63,999 nt of DNA, filler included, from Chrysochromulina tobinii (GCA_001275005.1; 5 parts of 5 records of this genome joined end to end with filler, not necessarily neighbours in it), one strand, 5' to 3'; counted from the first letter of the whole stretch, positions 32,101-43,046 are shown. Translations and numbers: made by a program. The notes: generated from the sequence alone by a model not told the origin.

Positions 32101-32310
32101 CTAGAGGGGGTCGAGCCACCATTGATCTCACGATCCATCGTGCATAGGCGGTCGGATTGGACGCGGTGGATCAAATGGACCCATTGCACCAAAGCCTTCG
32201 TCAACATAAATCATAATTCAAGCGCATCCATTCAGGACGTCGTCGGCCAGGTGGGGGGTTTCGAAACGCCCTTCTAAACATCTCCCTAGCCACTCTCCTT
32301 AATGATTATG
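32101..32310 (-). pseudogene. Cargo ORF A remnant (5'-truncated, probable frameshift, one TGA)
   Basis: RRVAREMFRRAFRNPPPGRRRPEWMRLNYD then in another frame YVDEGFGAMGPFDPPRPIRPPMHDGS*DQWWLDPL-TAG abutting the motif. Confidence 0.35.
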
Positions 32311-32951
32311 AGGTATGTCGAAATCAAGATACAATCAAGATACATGTACTTGTACATGCAGGATACATCAAGATACATCCAGATACGTATCCGATAGGAA
32401 ACTCCCCCCCCCCAAAGGATAGGAAACCCCCCGTCACCCACACACAGGGTACGAACGCGGCACGGCTCCAGTGACGGTAGTCTCAGTCCTCCTCACACTC
32501 TGTACTCTCTCAGCAGCCGTTCGGTTGAGGGCGGGCCGCGCCGGGTGGGCAACCAAGAATGGGCGGCTGCTGCGCTCCCACCTTCGGACCAGACGCGCGG
32601 CACCCGCGATACATGTAACCGCGACGGTCTACGCGGCTCGACGCGTACAGCGGTCCCAGTACCACAACACATACAAGATTATAAATCGCGCATTAAATCG
32701 CACATGGCATGGCCCAACACCTCTCAGACACACACCTCCGCGGACCGAGATCGAAACAGGGGCGGGATGCCTAGCAGGGGCGGGTATCTCGATGGCTGAT
32801 GCTGTGTCCATTCCCACACAGTCCGGTCGCACCGCATGATCGCTTCGAAGAACCCGTGCTCAGATGCCACCCGCCCTCGCGCAGCTCCAGTTGCACAGCA
32901 CCACTCGCCTCACCCCTGCGAACTCACTATCTCGATCTCACCCCTGCGAGC

Positions 32952-35900
32952 TCACTGCTCGGCTGTGCGCCCCCAGTAGAAGAGCCGTGAGCGCATCTCC
33001 TGGAAGAAGGATCCCGAGGCCGAGGCCTCATTGTACACGAGCGTCGATGCCTCGGGCTCGTCGAGTTGGGCGATGGGCTCATCAGAGGCACGGCGATGGC
33101 TGGCATTTCGCATATCTGGCGCATCGGAGGCATGGCGGCTCGGAGCAATCAGTTCACTCGCCTCCGACCGCCTCGATGCCTGACGACTCGGCCGCAAGGA
33201 AGCTGACGCCTGCCGGCTCGGCAAGAGCGGCAGCGCACCGTTCGTGGCGGTCGCGGAGCGGGAGACGGGCAGGCCATTCGAAGAACGGCTTCCCCCTTCC
33301 CCCTCGGTGCCTGGGGGCGTCCATTGGAGCCACGGCCAGTGGCCGTCCAGTGGCCGAGTAGCGGAGACCCCACGGCGGACAAGAATTGCCGACGGCTGCC
33401 GACTCACCGACGGCATTGCCGACGGCTGCCGACTCACCGACGGCATTGCCGACGGCTGCCGGCTCACCGACGGCATTTCCGACGGCTGCCGACTCACCGA
33501 CGGCATTTCCGACGGCTGCCGACTCACCGGTGGCGAGCTCATCGATGGGACGGGCTGCGAGCTGGACTGCGAGTTGGAACGTGTCGGACGAGGCGGCAGC
33601 GCCGCGTTGGAATCCATCGCCTTGTGCGCCTGGATGATCGCCTTGAGGGCGCGGTTGGGCAGCAGCATCTCCGATGCCAGCGACTGTCGCGACACAGGCG
33701 AGCGAGGTACCCGCCCCTGCGAGCGTTCGTGCCGAAAGTAGCTGAGGATCCCCTCGCGCTCGTACGTGACGCCGTCCATAGCGATGACGGGATCCTCGAT
33801 CGTACAGAGGGTGAGCGGGCACAGCAGCGCCTCCGCCATGTACTGCTGCGGGTTCGTGATCACGATCGCGTCATCCGCCAGGCGACGCTCCTCGGAGAGG
33901 TCGGCGGCCTCGGGTCCCTCTGCGGCGAGGACGGCAGCGAGGATGATGTCGATGAGACCATCCGAACGCGGGTCGGCGTCGAGCAAAAGGTGTGTCGCCC
34001 GCCGCTCGCCACGCCGCATCTTTCGCACCGCCTCCGTGATTTCCCAACCGCCCTCTTCCTCCATCTTGAGAAAGCCCGCCTCGATCTTCGCCCACCCATC
34101 CTCGTCATCGGCCCCCTCGGTGATGAGCCGTACGAGGGTCTTGATGCCGAGCTGCACATGCAGTCCCTTGGCGTGGCCTTCGAGGTGCACCTGCGGTGGG
34201 TAGTACCGCTTGGCGGACTCGCACGCGCACACGTAGCGCCAGATGTGCTCGATGAGCGTCTGCGTATTGCCGTCTCCAGGGGCCGTCGCCACCAAGTTCC
34301 AGATCGCGCGCTCGCCCTGCCGCATCGCGTTGACCGCATCCTTGATTTTCCAGCCCGATCCGACCAGTGCGTCGATGGCGAGCACGACGTCTGACACGTG
34401 GGAACCCGCGGCGCGGTCGCCGACGAGGATGTACGCCGTGAGCAAGGCGAGCATCGACTTCTTCTCCCCCTCCTCCTTGATGAGCGCCTTGGCCTGCCCT
34501 TTGATGGGTAGCTTGGGGACCGGTAAATGTGCTGGGTCAAAGTAGCCAATCTGGCTCGGCTTGAGACCCACTAAGTCACGCCCGACACCCTCCAAACCCT
34601 CCACACCGCCCAGCGCGGCGCGGAGGGCACCCTCCACACCGCCCAGCGCGGCGCGGAGGGCATCGTGGTCGAGGGCGCCGTCGGCGCTGAGGGCGTCGAG
34701 GTCGACCCCCATCGCGGCGCGGAGATCGCTGAGAGGGTCGCTTCCAGCGAGGTGCCTCGCCATCGCCTCTGCCATCGACTCCACGTCGGGCCGTTGGTAA
34801 GCCGCTTCGCCAGTCGCGATCGCCGCTGTGGGCACCGCATCTGGAGGCTCTTCCCCGTCCAGGAGGCTCGTCAGGAGGTCCATGCCGTGCACCGACGCCA
34901 CCAACCCGTCGAGAGTGGCCACACGCGCCCGGAGCACGTGGGCCTCACGTCGGGTCTGCTCGCGTGCAAGCACGAGAGGCGCGCCCGCCTCCATCGTGGC
35001 CACCGCGATGGCGTTGTACCGGTCATGCCCGCCGTCAAAGCCGCGCTCATTCCAATGGTAGTCTCGGGGGTGCGACGGAGGGTCGGGCAGCGGCAGGAGG
35101 CGGATGAGAGCGCCGCCAACACTCCCGTACAAAGCCTCGGTCATCGCACCGCGGCCGCCGCCGTCCGTCACAGCATGGACCAGGACTGTGAACGATCGGG
35201 GACCCCCGGGGGCATGTGTGACCTGTTGCGACGCCATCGCCAAAGGGCTGAGGTCGGCTTCGTCACGACTCTGTCGCTCTAGGTCGACCCGACGAGGCGG
35301 CGCCGCCGCTGTGGCGGCGAGCAGGGTTGGAGTCTCGCGGCGCACGACCACGACGACCTGGTTGCGTGTGAGAACGTGCTCGAGATGGCGCGCCTCCTCC
35401 TCCGTCTGGGCCCGTGCGATGAGCCCGAGGCCGTTGGCGGTGATGCCTGAGCGCGCAGGGTGGGCGTGGGAGTGGGGGCGTTCGTGAGAGAGCATCCAGG
35501 GGAGATCAGGGGAGGTCAGGGGAGATCAGTGGAGGTCAGGGGAGCTCGCCACGCACCAGCGCGCATCTCGAGCATCATTTCGCCACTCGTGTGCCAACCA
35601 CGATCTGGCCACGTCAGGGAGGCTCCGCTCGCATTCGTCCCTATGGCATTGATCACCTGCATCATCGCATGGGCAACGTCAATCGCATAGGGTCAGATCC
35701 AGGGAGATCCAGGGAGATCCAGGGAGATCCAAGGAGATCCAAGGAGATCCAAAGAGATCTGGGTAAATTCAAGGAGATCCGGGGAGATACATGGAGATAC
35801 AATGAGATCCTAGGAGATCCAAGGAGATCCACGGGAGATCCACGGGAGGTCATCTCACGGGCTCCGCCGCAAAATGTCAAGGAAGACATGGCAAAGGCAT

Positions 35901-37297
35901 TCCGAAGAACGCCCGAGGCGCGCGTTGCGCAACGTATGGGCACCTTGGGGAGCGAGCATGCGCAGAGAGCATGGGCACGCGCGTGCACGCACCTTTCGTT
36001 CCGTCTCGCTGCCCGGTGTCGCGACGGTGGTTCGCACGTACACGCAATACTCACGTGCCGTCGCCACTAGCGTGGGCGCTGGCGTGGGCGTGGGCGTGGG
36101 CGTGGGCGTGGGCGCGGGCGCTGGTACCGGCACGGGCGGCGGCGCCGGCGCGGTGCCAGCCGAGGGCGGTGGCGGGGCATCGGCTGCGGAGGGGGTGAGC
36201 TCATCGAGGTCGAATGCATACCACGAGTTACTTACTGAAGGGAACTCGACCTTCACTAGCCCATGGGAGAGCACACGGCGCACGAAACCGACCGTCGAGT
36301 GGTCTACCCCATCGGGCCAATCGCAGCGAGGGCGCTGCGGCCACAACAAAGGGGGCAAGTGGCGGACGAGAGTGAGCGAGGCGCGGGCGAGGCACGAGGC
36401 AAAGGGAGTGGATGGGAGGTGTGAATGTGAACGTGAGGAGTGCAGATGGGTCGCAGCTGGCGTACTCACCTCTAGCCCGGGGCGTACTTGTACGCAGACG
36501 CCGACTTTGATGGTGGAGTCGCCGTCCCACGCCTCGAGCTCATCGGGCGCAGCTTTCCACGTGCCCACAGAGAGCGGGAAGGCCACAAGCACGGTCGTCA
36601 CCCGAGCAGATGGCGCCGCCGCCTCGAGAGCGAGCGTGAGCGCGCCGAGCAGGTCCGACTTTTCTGCGAGACCCGCGAGCGGCACGCCGCGCGCACGCAG
36701 CTCGGCCTTGAGCTCGCGCACGCTGAGCGAGGCCGCGCGCTCGGCCGAGAGCGCCGGCCGCGCCTGCCCGGCCGTGCGCATGCCAACGATCCGCCCGACA
36801 GCGTGCCGATGGTCTTCGAGATTCCCCCAGCCACCACGGGGCCGGTCCAGGCCCGTTCGAACTCGAACGGCCGATCCGATCCGCAGACCGTCGTCGCCGC
36901 GTCGCAGCACAGCGTCTGGCAGAGTGTAACACAGGTTTTCTGCGGAAGGGACGACCTCCAGCTCATTGGCTCGGCAGTTCCAACTACCTTGGCCGACGGA
37001 CTCAAAGGCGACCTTGCACTCATCCTGCTGATTGCGGCTCCGCAGCACGCCGATTTGGTCGTGGGTCACGGCCCCCCAACCAAACGATGGACTTGTCACG
37101 TCCTGACGCACCCTCACCACGACTCCAGGGATGAGTTCGGGCTGCAGGCGCTCCGGATTGTCGTCGAGGTCCCTGCAGTCTTCGTCCGTCCCAAGCATGC
37201 CGAGCGCGCGCCCGAGGTCAGCCATGCCGCCTTCCGGACCATGCGCCTCCCCATGCGCCTCCATCAGCATGCGCAAGAATGGAGCAAGCTCCTCCAT
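32952..37297 (-). CDS. U-box E3 ligase with N-terminal KEG/Mind-bomb-type SH3 repeats and a SAP-like motif; multi-exon
   Basis: Repeats VRVRQDVTSPSFGWG and VRVRTGLDRPRGGWG; SAP-like LSVRELKAELRARGVPLAGLAEKSDL; U-box LLCPLTLCTIEDPVIAMDGVTYER...SPVSRQSL...LLPNRALK; introns 36335-36469, 35447-35556, 35657-about 35860 and probably one near 35945-35990. Confidence 0.7.
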
Positions 37298-37450
37298 CCT
37301 CGCAAAAACTTGCGAGCGAGGCCACACGGACGGGCGCGCCACTGTGGACAGAGCGCGCTCGCTTTCGTCAAGTGCGTCGACTTGTGCGTCGCGAGTCTTG
37401 TCGCCCCCCTCTCCACAACTTTGCGATTGAGGCAGGTAATGTATCTGCAG

Positions 37451-37479
37451 CTTGACTTGACTTGACTTGACTTGACTTG
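37451..37479. repeat. (CTTGA)n pentanucleotide microsatellite; reverse complement at 53463-53488
   Basis: Directly visible. Confidence 0.9.
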
Positions 37480-37537
37480 CTGGCACGAGGTGGCGATCGC
37501 TTTCTTCAGAGCTCGCTTATTTTTTCCTCGCACAAAC

Positions 37538-37837
37538 ATGGAGTACGTTGACCCTTCGACCATCGAGAGAACGGAGGAGATCAGCAGGAAATTGATGATG
37601 CGTCGTCAAACTCTCCTCCAGATGAAACAGAATGGCTTTGGCGCCGGCGAACTCATGGCGGCTGGCTACAAGCTGGAGGAGCTGAGATCTGTCGGAATCG
37701 TTCCAGCAGAAAAAGCACCGCTCCCCACGCGGCAGCCCTCTCCAAGGCCCTCTCCGCGTGGCAGCGGTGCTGGCACCGCTGCCGTGGGTCTTGGTTCAGC
37801 TGCTCTGTTTTTGCTGCTGCTACCTTTCGGTTTGTGA
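37538..37837 (+). CDS. Small hypothetical protein with C-terminal hydrophobic tail
   Basis: ATG in ACAAACATG context, coding-like composition, FGAGELMAAGYKLEELRSVG. Confidence 0.5.
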   Translation: MEYVDPSTIERTEEISRKLMMRRQTLLQMKQNGFGAGELMAAGYKLEELRSVGIVPAEKAPLPTRQPSPRPSPRGSGAGTAAVGLGSAALFLLLLPFGL

Positions 37838-38446
37838 AAATTTCCGACTTCAATCGAGGGGAGCGCGCGGCGCAGGCCGCGGAGCCGCGGACACTGACAG
37901 TAACACGAGCGGCACGAGCGCCTCGCGCGACTCGGGGACCAGGAGCCGACATACAACGCTGTTCAGCCCCAGTTCACACGGCACACGCCCTAGTTCTCGT
38001 GCTGTACTCGCTTACTGTGCCTCCTTACAGTGAGGTGTGAGCCGAGTTCCAATGTCAACAACGCAGACCGCACCATACTGTCATGCACACTACATATTCT
38101 CACCACCTGTAAGTACGCGCGCCCATCTCTAGGGGCGAGGTAACGACTGTGAACGCCCTAGGGTGCCGGTGCGTGGTATACTACGGTCTTGGTCCGGTCA
38201 CCAAAAGCAAACTTTCCTTCAACGCGCGGCGCACAGCTGTGTAGTACACCTTTATGCTTTAAAGGCCCACGTCACGCTCTGGCGAACGACCCGAAAAAAG
38301 GCTCTTTTGCACACGCCTCTCCGCTGCGCGCCCTCGCGCCAGGCCGNNNNNNNNNNNNNNNNNNNNNNNNNNNNNNNNNNNNNNNNNNNNTTAATTAATT
38401 AANNNNNNNNNNNNNNNNNNNNNNNNNNNNNNNNNNNNNNNNNNNN

Positions 38447-39476
38447 GCGACGCCTGCGCGTGCTCCTCAGCATACGACGTCCACGTGTTCAGGCTCGCAC
38501 GCACGCTCGACTGCAGCATCGACGACACCGCGCGCCGCGTGGCAGCGTCGCGCTCGCAGCTGCTGCACACGTGCTCGTGCCACGTGCTGAACGCGACACG
38601 CTCCTCGCGCAGACGCATCGCAGCAGCGCCGCGGGACAAAGCCCGTATCGTGTACACATACTCGATCCAGCTGTTGATCGCCTTGAGCATGCTGCGTTTT
38701 TCAGGAGACAGCGAGCTTGTGCACGCCCGCAGTTGCTGCTTCGTCACAGAGACCTCGGTCGCGGACACCCACGACGCGAAGCCGGCGCGCTGAAGACGAT
38801 GCGTCAAACAGTTGATTGCAGTCTCCATCAAGCGCCGATTGTGCAGCAGGCCCAGCCAGCCGTTCCACGCCTTGCGCATACCGTCGCCGCGGAACGACGA
38901 CGCAGCAGAGCGTAACAACCGTTTTAAATGCTTGCGACCCGTATAGAAGTCGATCCACGCTCTGCTTCCAGCGGCCAGCTTCCGACGTTTGAATGCTCCG
39001 ATTCCTTTCCGGAGGATCCGCATCTTCTCCGCACGGCTGCTTGCGCGCGTAGACCACTGCCGACATGCAGCTTGAAGAGTGCTTACGTATGGTTTGATGA
39101 GGACCGCGAGCTGGACTATCTCCTCTTTTTTCTCCGCTTTTGCAACCCGTCGGACTAGTTGATGCAAATAGGGCACGCTCTTCTTGGAGTCCAAGCTGCC
39201 GCTTTCGGCGTCACTCTGCGTCGGAAGCTCGCGGCCCACAGGCGTGGTCTCCTCCCCAAATGCCAAGTCGGCGGCAGCAACTAGCGGGCGCGTCGGCTCA
39301 TTGGATCGCCGAAAGGTATCCTCCTCATCTACCGCATCAACAGACTGCGTCGTCGGAGCGTCGGAGTTACTCTGCCCCGGAGGCCGGCGGCGCACAGGCG
39401 CGGGAGGTGATGGTGGAGGCGAGGGTGGAGGAGGCGAGGGAGAGGTTGAGGGCGGTTGCCTTCTCTTCATCTTCAT
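38447..39476 (-). CDS. Sfi1-like Trp-repeat helical protein, 3'-truncated
   Basis: Periodic units RKAWNGW, RAGFASW, LKAINSW, RVAFSTW, RASLNTW. Confidence 0.55.
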
Positions 39477-40217
39477 CTCGGCGGCCACAACTACCACGCG
39501 GAGAGCACGAGCCCTTCGTGGTCGTCGCGGCCGCGCGTCGGAATCTCGACGCCGCACAGGGTCGGCGAGGCAAGTTTACGCTCTAGAGATCTGTTTTTGT
39601 AACGACTTCTCAAAAAGGCCCATCTTTCCATGACGTCTCAAGCAAGCAAGCAAGCAGCTTGCTTGCTTGCAGGCGTCTCGTGCCTATTTTTCTTGCCTCC
39701 GCTTTCCGCTGTTGGTTGAACTGTTGGATGGTCGACCCGGCCCGGCGCATTGCCCTGGCGTGTGCCGAACGATACTGACTGTGGAGTGTGGTGTCGACAG
39801 TAAGAACACGTGCGCATACGGCATGTGCATGCACGCACGGCGCCCATTAGTGTGAAGTACGCCATACGGCGATCGTATTGAGCAACTGGAGCGTATTTTC
39901 CCCATTTTTGCGTACAAGTGTATTGTAGCGTCGAATGACTGCAATTTTCACATTCAGTTTAAGCCTCATTCCGTATTGCGCGCGTAGTCGCACACAGACC
40001 ACCCCTTGCCCGCACAATTTCTGACGTGTTACAATTGTAACGTTCACACGTGTATCAAGCTCACCATGGGCATGTCGCCCTTCTAAACCGCCCCCGCGCG
40101 GTACCCGCCATGGTGTGAATGTGTGTGAATGTGTCTGTGTGATTTCTAACACGTGATTTTCGCGGCGAAGTTGCCAAGAGCTTTGTACAAAGCGACCACG
40201 AGGAGCGGAGCCTTTCA

Positions 40218-41519
40218 ATGTGGGACGAGCCCTCTCTTCCGCCCTTCCTTCCATCGTCGCCGCGCTCGCCAACCACAGCGATGGCAGAGATTGATGCTGC
40301 CAAGCAGTGGGAATCTGACTGGAACGAGGTCGAGGTCGCTGCCGCAGTCGCTGATCAGATTGCTAGCGAGGAACACGCCCTTGCGATGGCAGAGGCAATG
40401 GCCACTGGACTGGGAGCAATGAGCATCATTGCGTCACCGCCACCATCCGCTACTGCTGAATTGCCTGGAGCGCCGATCCCGATCCCACCACCAGCGGTTC
40501 CCGCCGCCAAAAAGCTTGCGGTCGCCTTCGCATCCGACATCGTCTCCGATGCTGGGGTCATCATCGAGCGCCACTTCTTTGCCTCCGATGGCACGCATCC
40601 CAACAATGAACGGTACCCGCTGCTGCTGTACCGGCAGGTCTGCACGGCGATCGAAGTGGCGATGCTCGAGAGCCATGGATGGAGCCGGCCAATGCCGAGC
40701 GGCTCCGCCACCGACCACGTCTACTACTCAACTACGTGGGTGGCGCTCCTCTGCATGGATGGGGAGGCCGACGTGCAGTTTGGGGGGCCGCTTGGCCCGT
40801 GCCTGCGCCCGATGTGCGGCGACCTCGTGCTCGTGCCGCCTGGCGTGCCCCGCCTCGTGCACGGCGAGGGCGCAAGCGGTTTCACCATGCTCGTCAGCTA
40901 TCCGCGGCACGACGGAGGCCATCTCCCCACAGCGAGCGGCGAAGGCGCGGAAGTCTCCCGTGGCCCGGCCTCGCCTCTCGATGCGGTCAACATCGTGACG
41001 GTGCCGCCGCCCTTTCGGTGCCCGCGCTACGGGGACACGCCGCCATGGGCGGGTGGCTTTGCTCGTCTGTTCCTCCACCCAACGCATAAGCCCAGCGCCA
41101 TCGCAGAAATGGCGAGCCAGCTGCAGCAGCCACCCACGGCGTCGGGCAGGACAGGAGCCGACGAGAAGGCACCGCAGCGCGTCGCACGCCCGGAGGTGCC
41201 CGTGCTCATCATCGGTCCACTGCGCGGCGCTGGCAAGCAGCGCAAGTTGCCTGATGGTACCTGGGAGTATCCGCGACGCAACGTAGTGTACGCGCGCTGC
41301 GACGGCGGGGCGACAATCATCGAGCTCGGCTGCGGCGACCTGCGCGTCGTTACGGTGGCGGATCTCAAGCGGTGGATAGCGACGAGGCCTGGACAGCTGC
41401 CCTCGGGCCGCATGCATATCCATCTGGGCACAGGCGGCGGCGCCGAGCTGGAGGACGCCACCACGTTGCACGAGGCGGGTGTCGACTATGAGGGCGAGGT
41501 GACGGTGCGTTTGGAGTGA
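40218..41519 (+). CDS. YjlB-like cupin (degenerate) + C-terminal ubiquitin-like domain
   Basis: PNNERYPLLLYR, YSTT, DVQFGG, GDLVLVPPGV; TVADLKRWI...ELEDATTLHEAGV...VTVRLE. Confidence 0.6.
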   Translation: MWDEPSLPPFLPSSPRSPTTAMAEIDAAKQWESDWNEVEVAAAVADQIASEEHALAMAEAMATGLGAMSIIASPPPSATAELPGAPIPIPPPAVPAAKKLAVAFASDIVSDAGVIIERHFFASDGTHPNNERYPLLLYRQVCTAIEVAMLESHGWSRPMPSGSATDHVYYSTTWVALLCMDGEADVQFGGPLGPCLRPMCGDLVLVPPGVPRLVHGEGASGFTMLVSYPRHDGGHLPTASGEGAEVSRGPASPLDAVNIVTVPPPFRCPRYGDTPPWAGGFARLFLHPTHKPSAIAEMASQLQQPPTASGRTGADEKAPQRVARPEVPVLIIGPLRGAGKQRKLPDGTWEYPRRNVVYARCDGGATIIELGCGDLRVVTVADLKRWIATRPGQLPSGRMHIHLGTGGGAELEDATTLHEAGVDYEGEVTVRLE

Positions 41520-41627
41520 TTTTTCCGAAAGGTGTTGGCAGCACTGTTATACATGTATTGGGTGTCGAATTATAAACATTGGCTGTGAAACTATTTTGTT
41601 GTGAATCGTTTTTTTTCCTTCCATATC

Positions 41628-43046
41628 ATGTTGGTCACCGAGGAGATACTGGTAGACCGCTCGCCGGTCGGGCGGTTAGCGCAGCTCCGTGCAAGCGTAT
41701 CGACAGGACGTGCCGAGCTTCGGGAGCTCGAAGCGCGGCGGAAGCAGCGCGAGGAGGTCCTCGCGGAGGTGGCATCGATCGAGAGTGAAGCCTCAAAGCT
41801 GCGCGCTCAGGCACAGGCGATGGCCAAGCGCGCAGACGCGGAGGAGGAGAGCATCAAGACGGCTCCGAAGCAGCGGTGGACGGATCCGGCACAAAGCGGA
41901 GCGCCCGATGCGGAAAAGCTGGCCGAAGTCGTCAAAGCGATGCGCAGTCGCAACACGAAGCTCGTCGCACTCAAGGCCAAGGTGAGTGATCTCTCGGTGG
42001 CCCAAGTGGAGGAGGAGGCCCTACAGAAGCTTCAGTCGCAGCGGCAGGCCATTGAGAAGGAGCTGCAGGGTTGCGAGAAGGATCTGCTCGTGCGCGAGAA
42101 GCAGATCGCCAAGGCGAAGGCACAGGCGCTACTCATGCGTGCGCCGATGGTCGCAACGAGCGGCGACGAGTCACAGGACGCGGAGTTGGTGCAGGCGTAC
42201 GTTCACCGGCTCACGACGCTCAATCAGACGACCAGCGAGGCGAAGGATCGCGCGCAGGCCCAGATGATCGCGCTGCGCGCCGAGTGGCAGGTGTGGCATG
42301 CCATTCTGAGCGGCTGCGTACGCAAGCTTCAGGCGCGCGCCGATGCGGGCGATGCACTCGCCCAGCAGGCACTCAGCGATCCCACGCCCGCTCCGGAGGG
42401 CGGCGCGGGCGCGGCGGGTGAGGGCGCCGCAGCCGGCGTGCCCTCAGCCGAGCCGTCGGAGCCGTCCGCTGTGCTGCGCGTGCTACAACGGCTGCGCGAC
42501 CTGACCATCGAGGCGGCCGTGCTTGGCAAGCGTCGGCGCTCAGTGGACACGAAGGAGAACGCCGCCAAGCTGCGGCTGCAGACAATCCAGACGCGCGTGC
42601 GCGAGCAGAGCGTCGCGCTCAAGAATCAGCTCCAGCGCGAGAGGCGCGTCGCCGCAGCGCTCGCGGCTGTCGAGGCTGCCGCGGCCGCCGAGGCGGCAGA
42701 AGTGGCCGAGACCGAGCGGGCAGCAGCCGAGGCCGAGCGGGCAGCAGCCGAGGCCGACCGGCTGATCGCGCAGGCGGATGCGGTGGCCATAGAGGCCGAG
42801 GCTCAGGCGGCCGCCGCCACGAAGAGGGCAGCGCCTAAGTTTAAGTCCCCAGCGAAGCCGCCGTCGCCCGTGCCGCCACCGCCCGAGGCGCCGCGCGCCG
42901 CGGTGGCACCTGATCCAGCAGTGGCGCCCGAGGCGGCCGCCGCCGCCAAGATTCAGGCCATGAAGCGCGGCAATGCAGACCGGGCCAAGGTGGCCAGCAT
43001 GAAGGCCATCCGTAATGGCGCCGGCGATGTCTATCCGAACCCATAA
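41628..43046 (+). CDS. Coiled-coil protein with C-terminal IQ motif
   Basis: Heptad-rich E/K/Q/A sequence; AAAKIQAMKRGNADR. Confidence 0.65.
   Translation: MLVTEEILVDRSPVGRLAQLRASVSTGRAELRELEARRKQREEVLAEVASIESEASKLRAQAQAMAKRADAEEESIKTAPKQRWTDPAQSGAPDAEKLAEVVKAMRSRNTKLVALKAKVSDLSVAQVEEEALQKLQSQRQAIEKELQGCEKDLLVREKQIAKAKAQALLMRAPMVATSGDESQDAELVQAYVHRLTTLNQTTSEAKDRAQAQMIALRAEWQVWHAILSGCVRKLQARADAGDALAQQALSDPTPAPEGGAGAAGEGAAAGVPSAEPSEPSAVLRVLQRLRDLTIEAAVLGKRRRSVDTKENAAKLRLQTIQTRVREQSVALKNQLQRERRVAAALAAVEAAAAAEAAEVAETERAAAEAERAAAEADRLIAQADAVAIEAEAQAAAATKRAAPKFKSPAKPPSPVPPPPEAPRAAVAPDPAVAPEAAAAAKIQAMKRGNADRAKVASMKAIRNGAGDVYPNP

Larger units (their letters stand above)
30341..32439. mobile_element. 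Non-autonomous Mutator/foldback-like DNA transposon with cargo
   Basis: 10-bp direct repeat ACACACAGGG at 30331-30340 and 32440-32449; imperfect TIRs of roughly 90 bp starting GGGT(C/G)A(G/C)GGGGGGTTTC and containing TCCTATCGGATACGTATC; subterminal GATACATG/CATGTATC arrays; no transposase seen. Confidence 0.85.

Noticed and set aside
39642..39670. (GCAA)n/(TTGC)n palindrome
   Set aside because: Simple inverted microsatellite with no supporting context.
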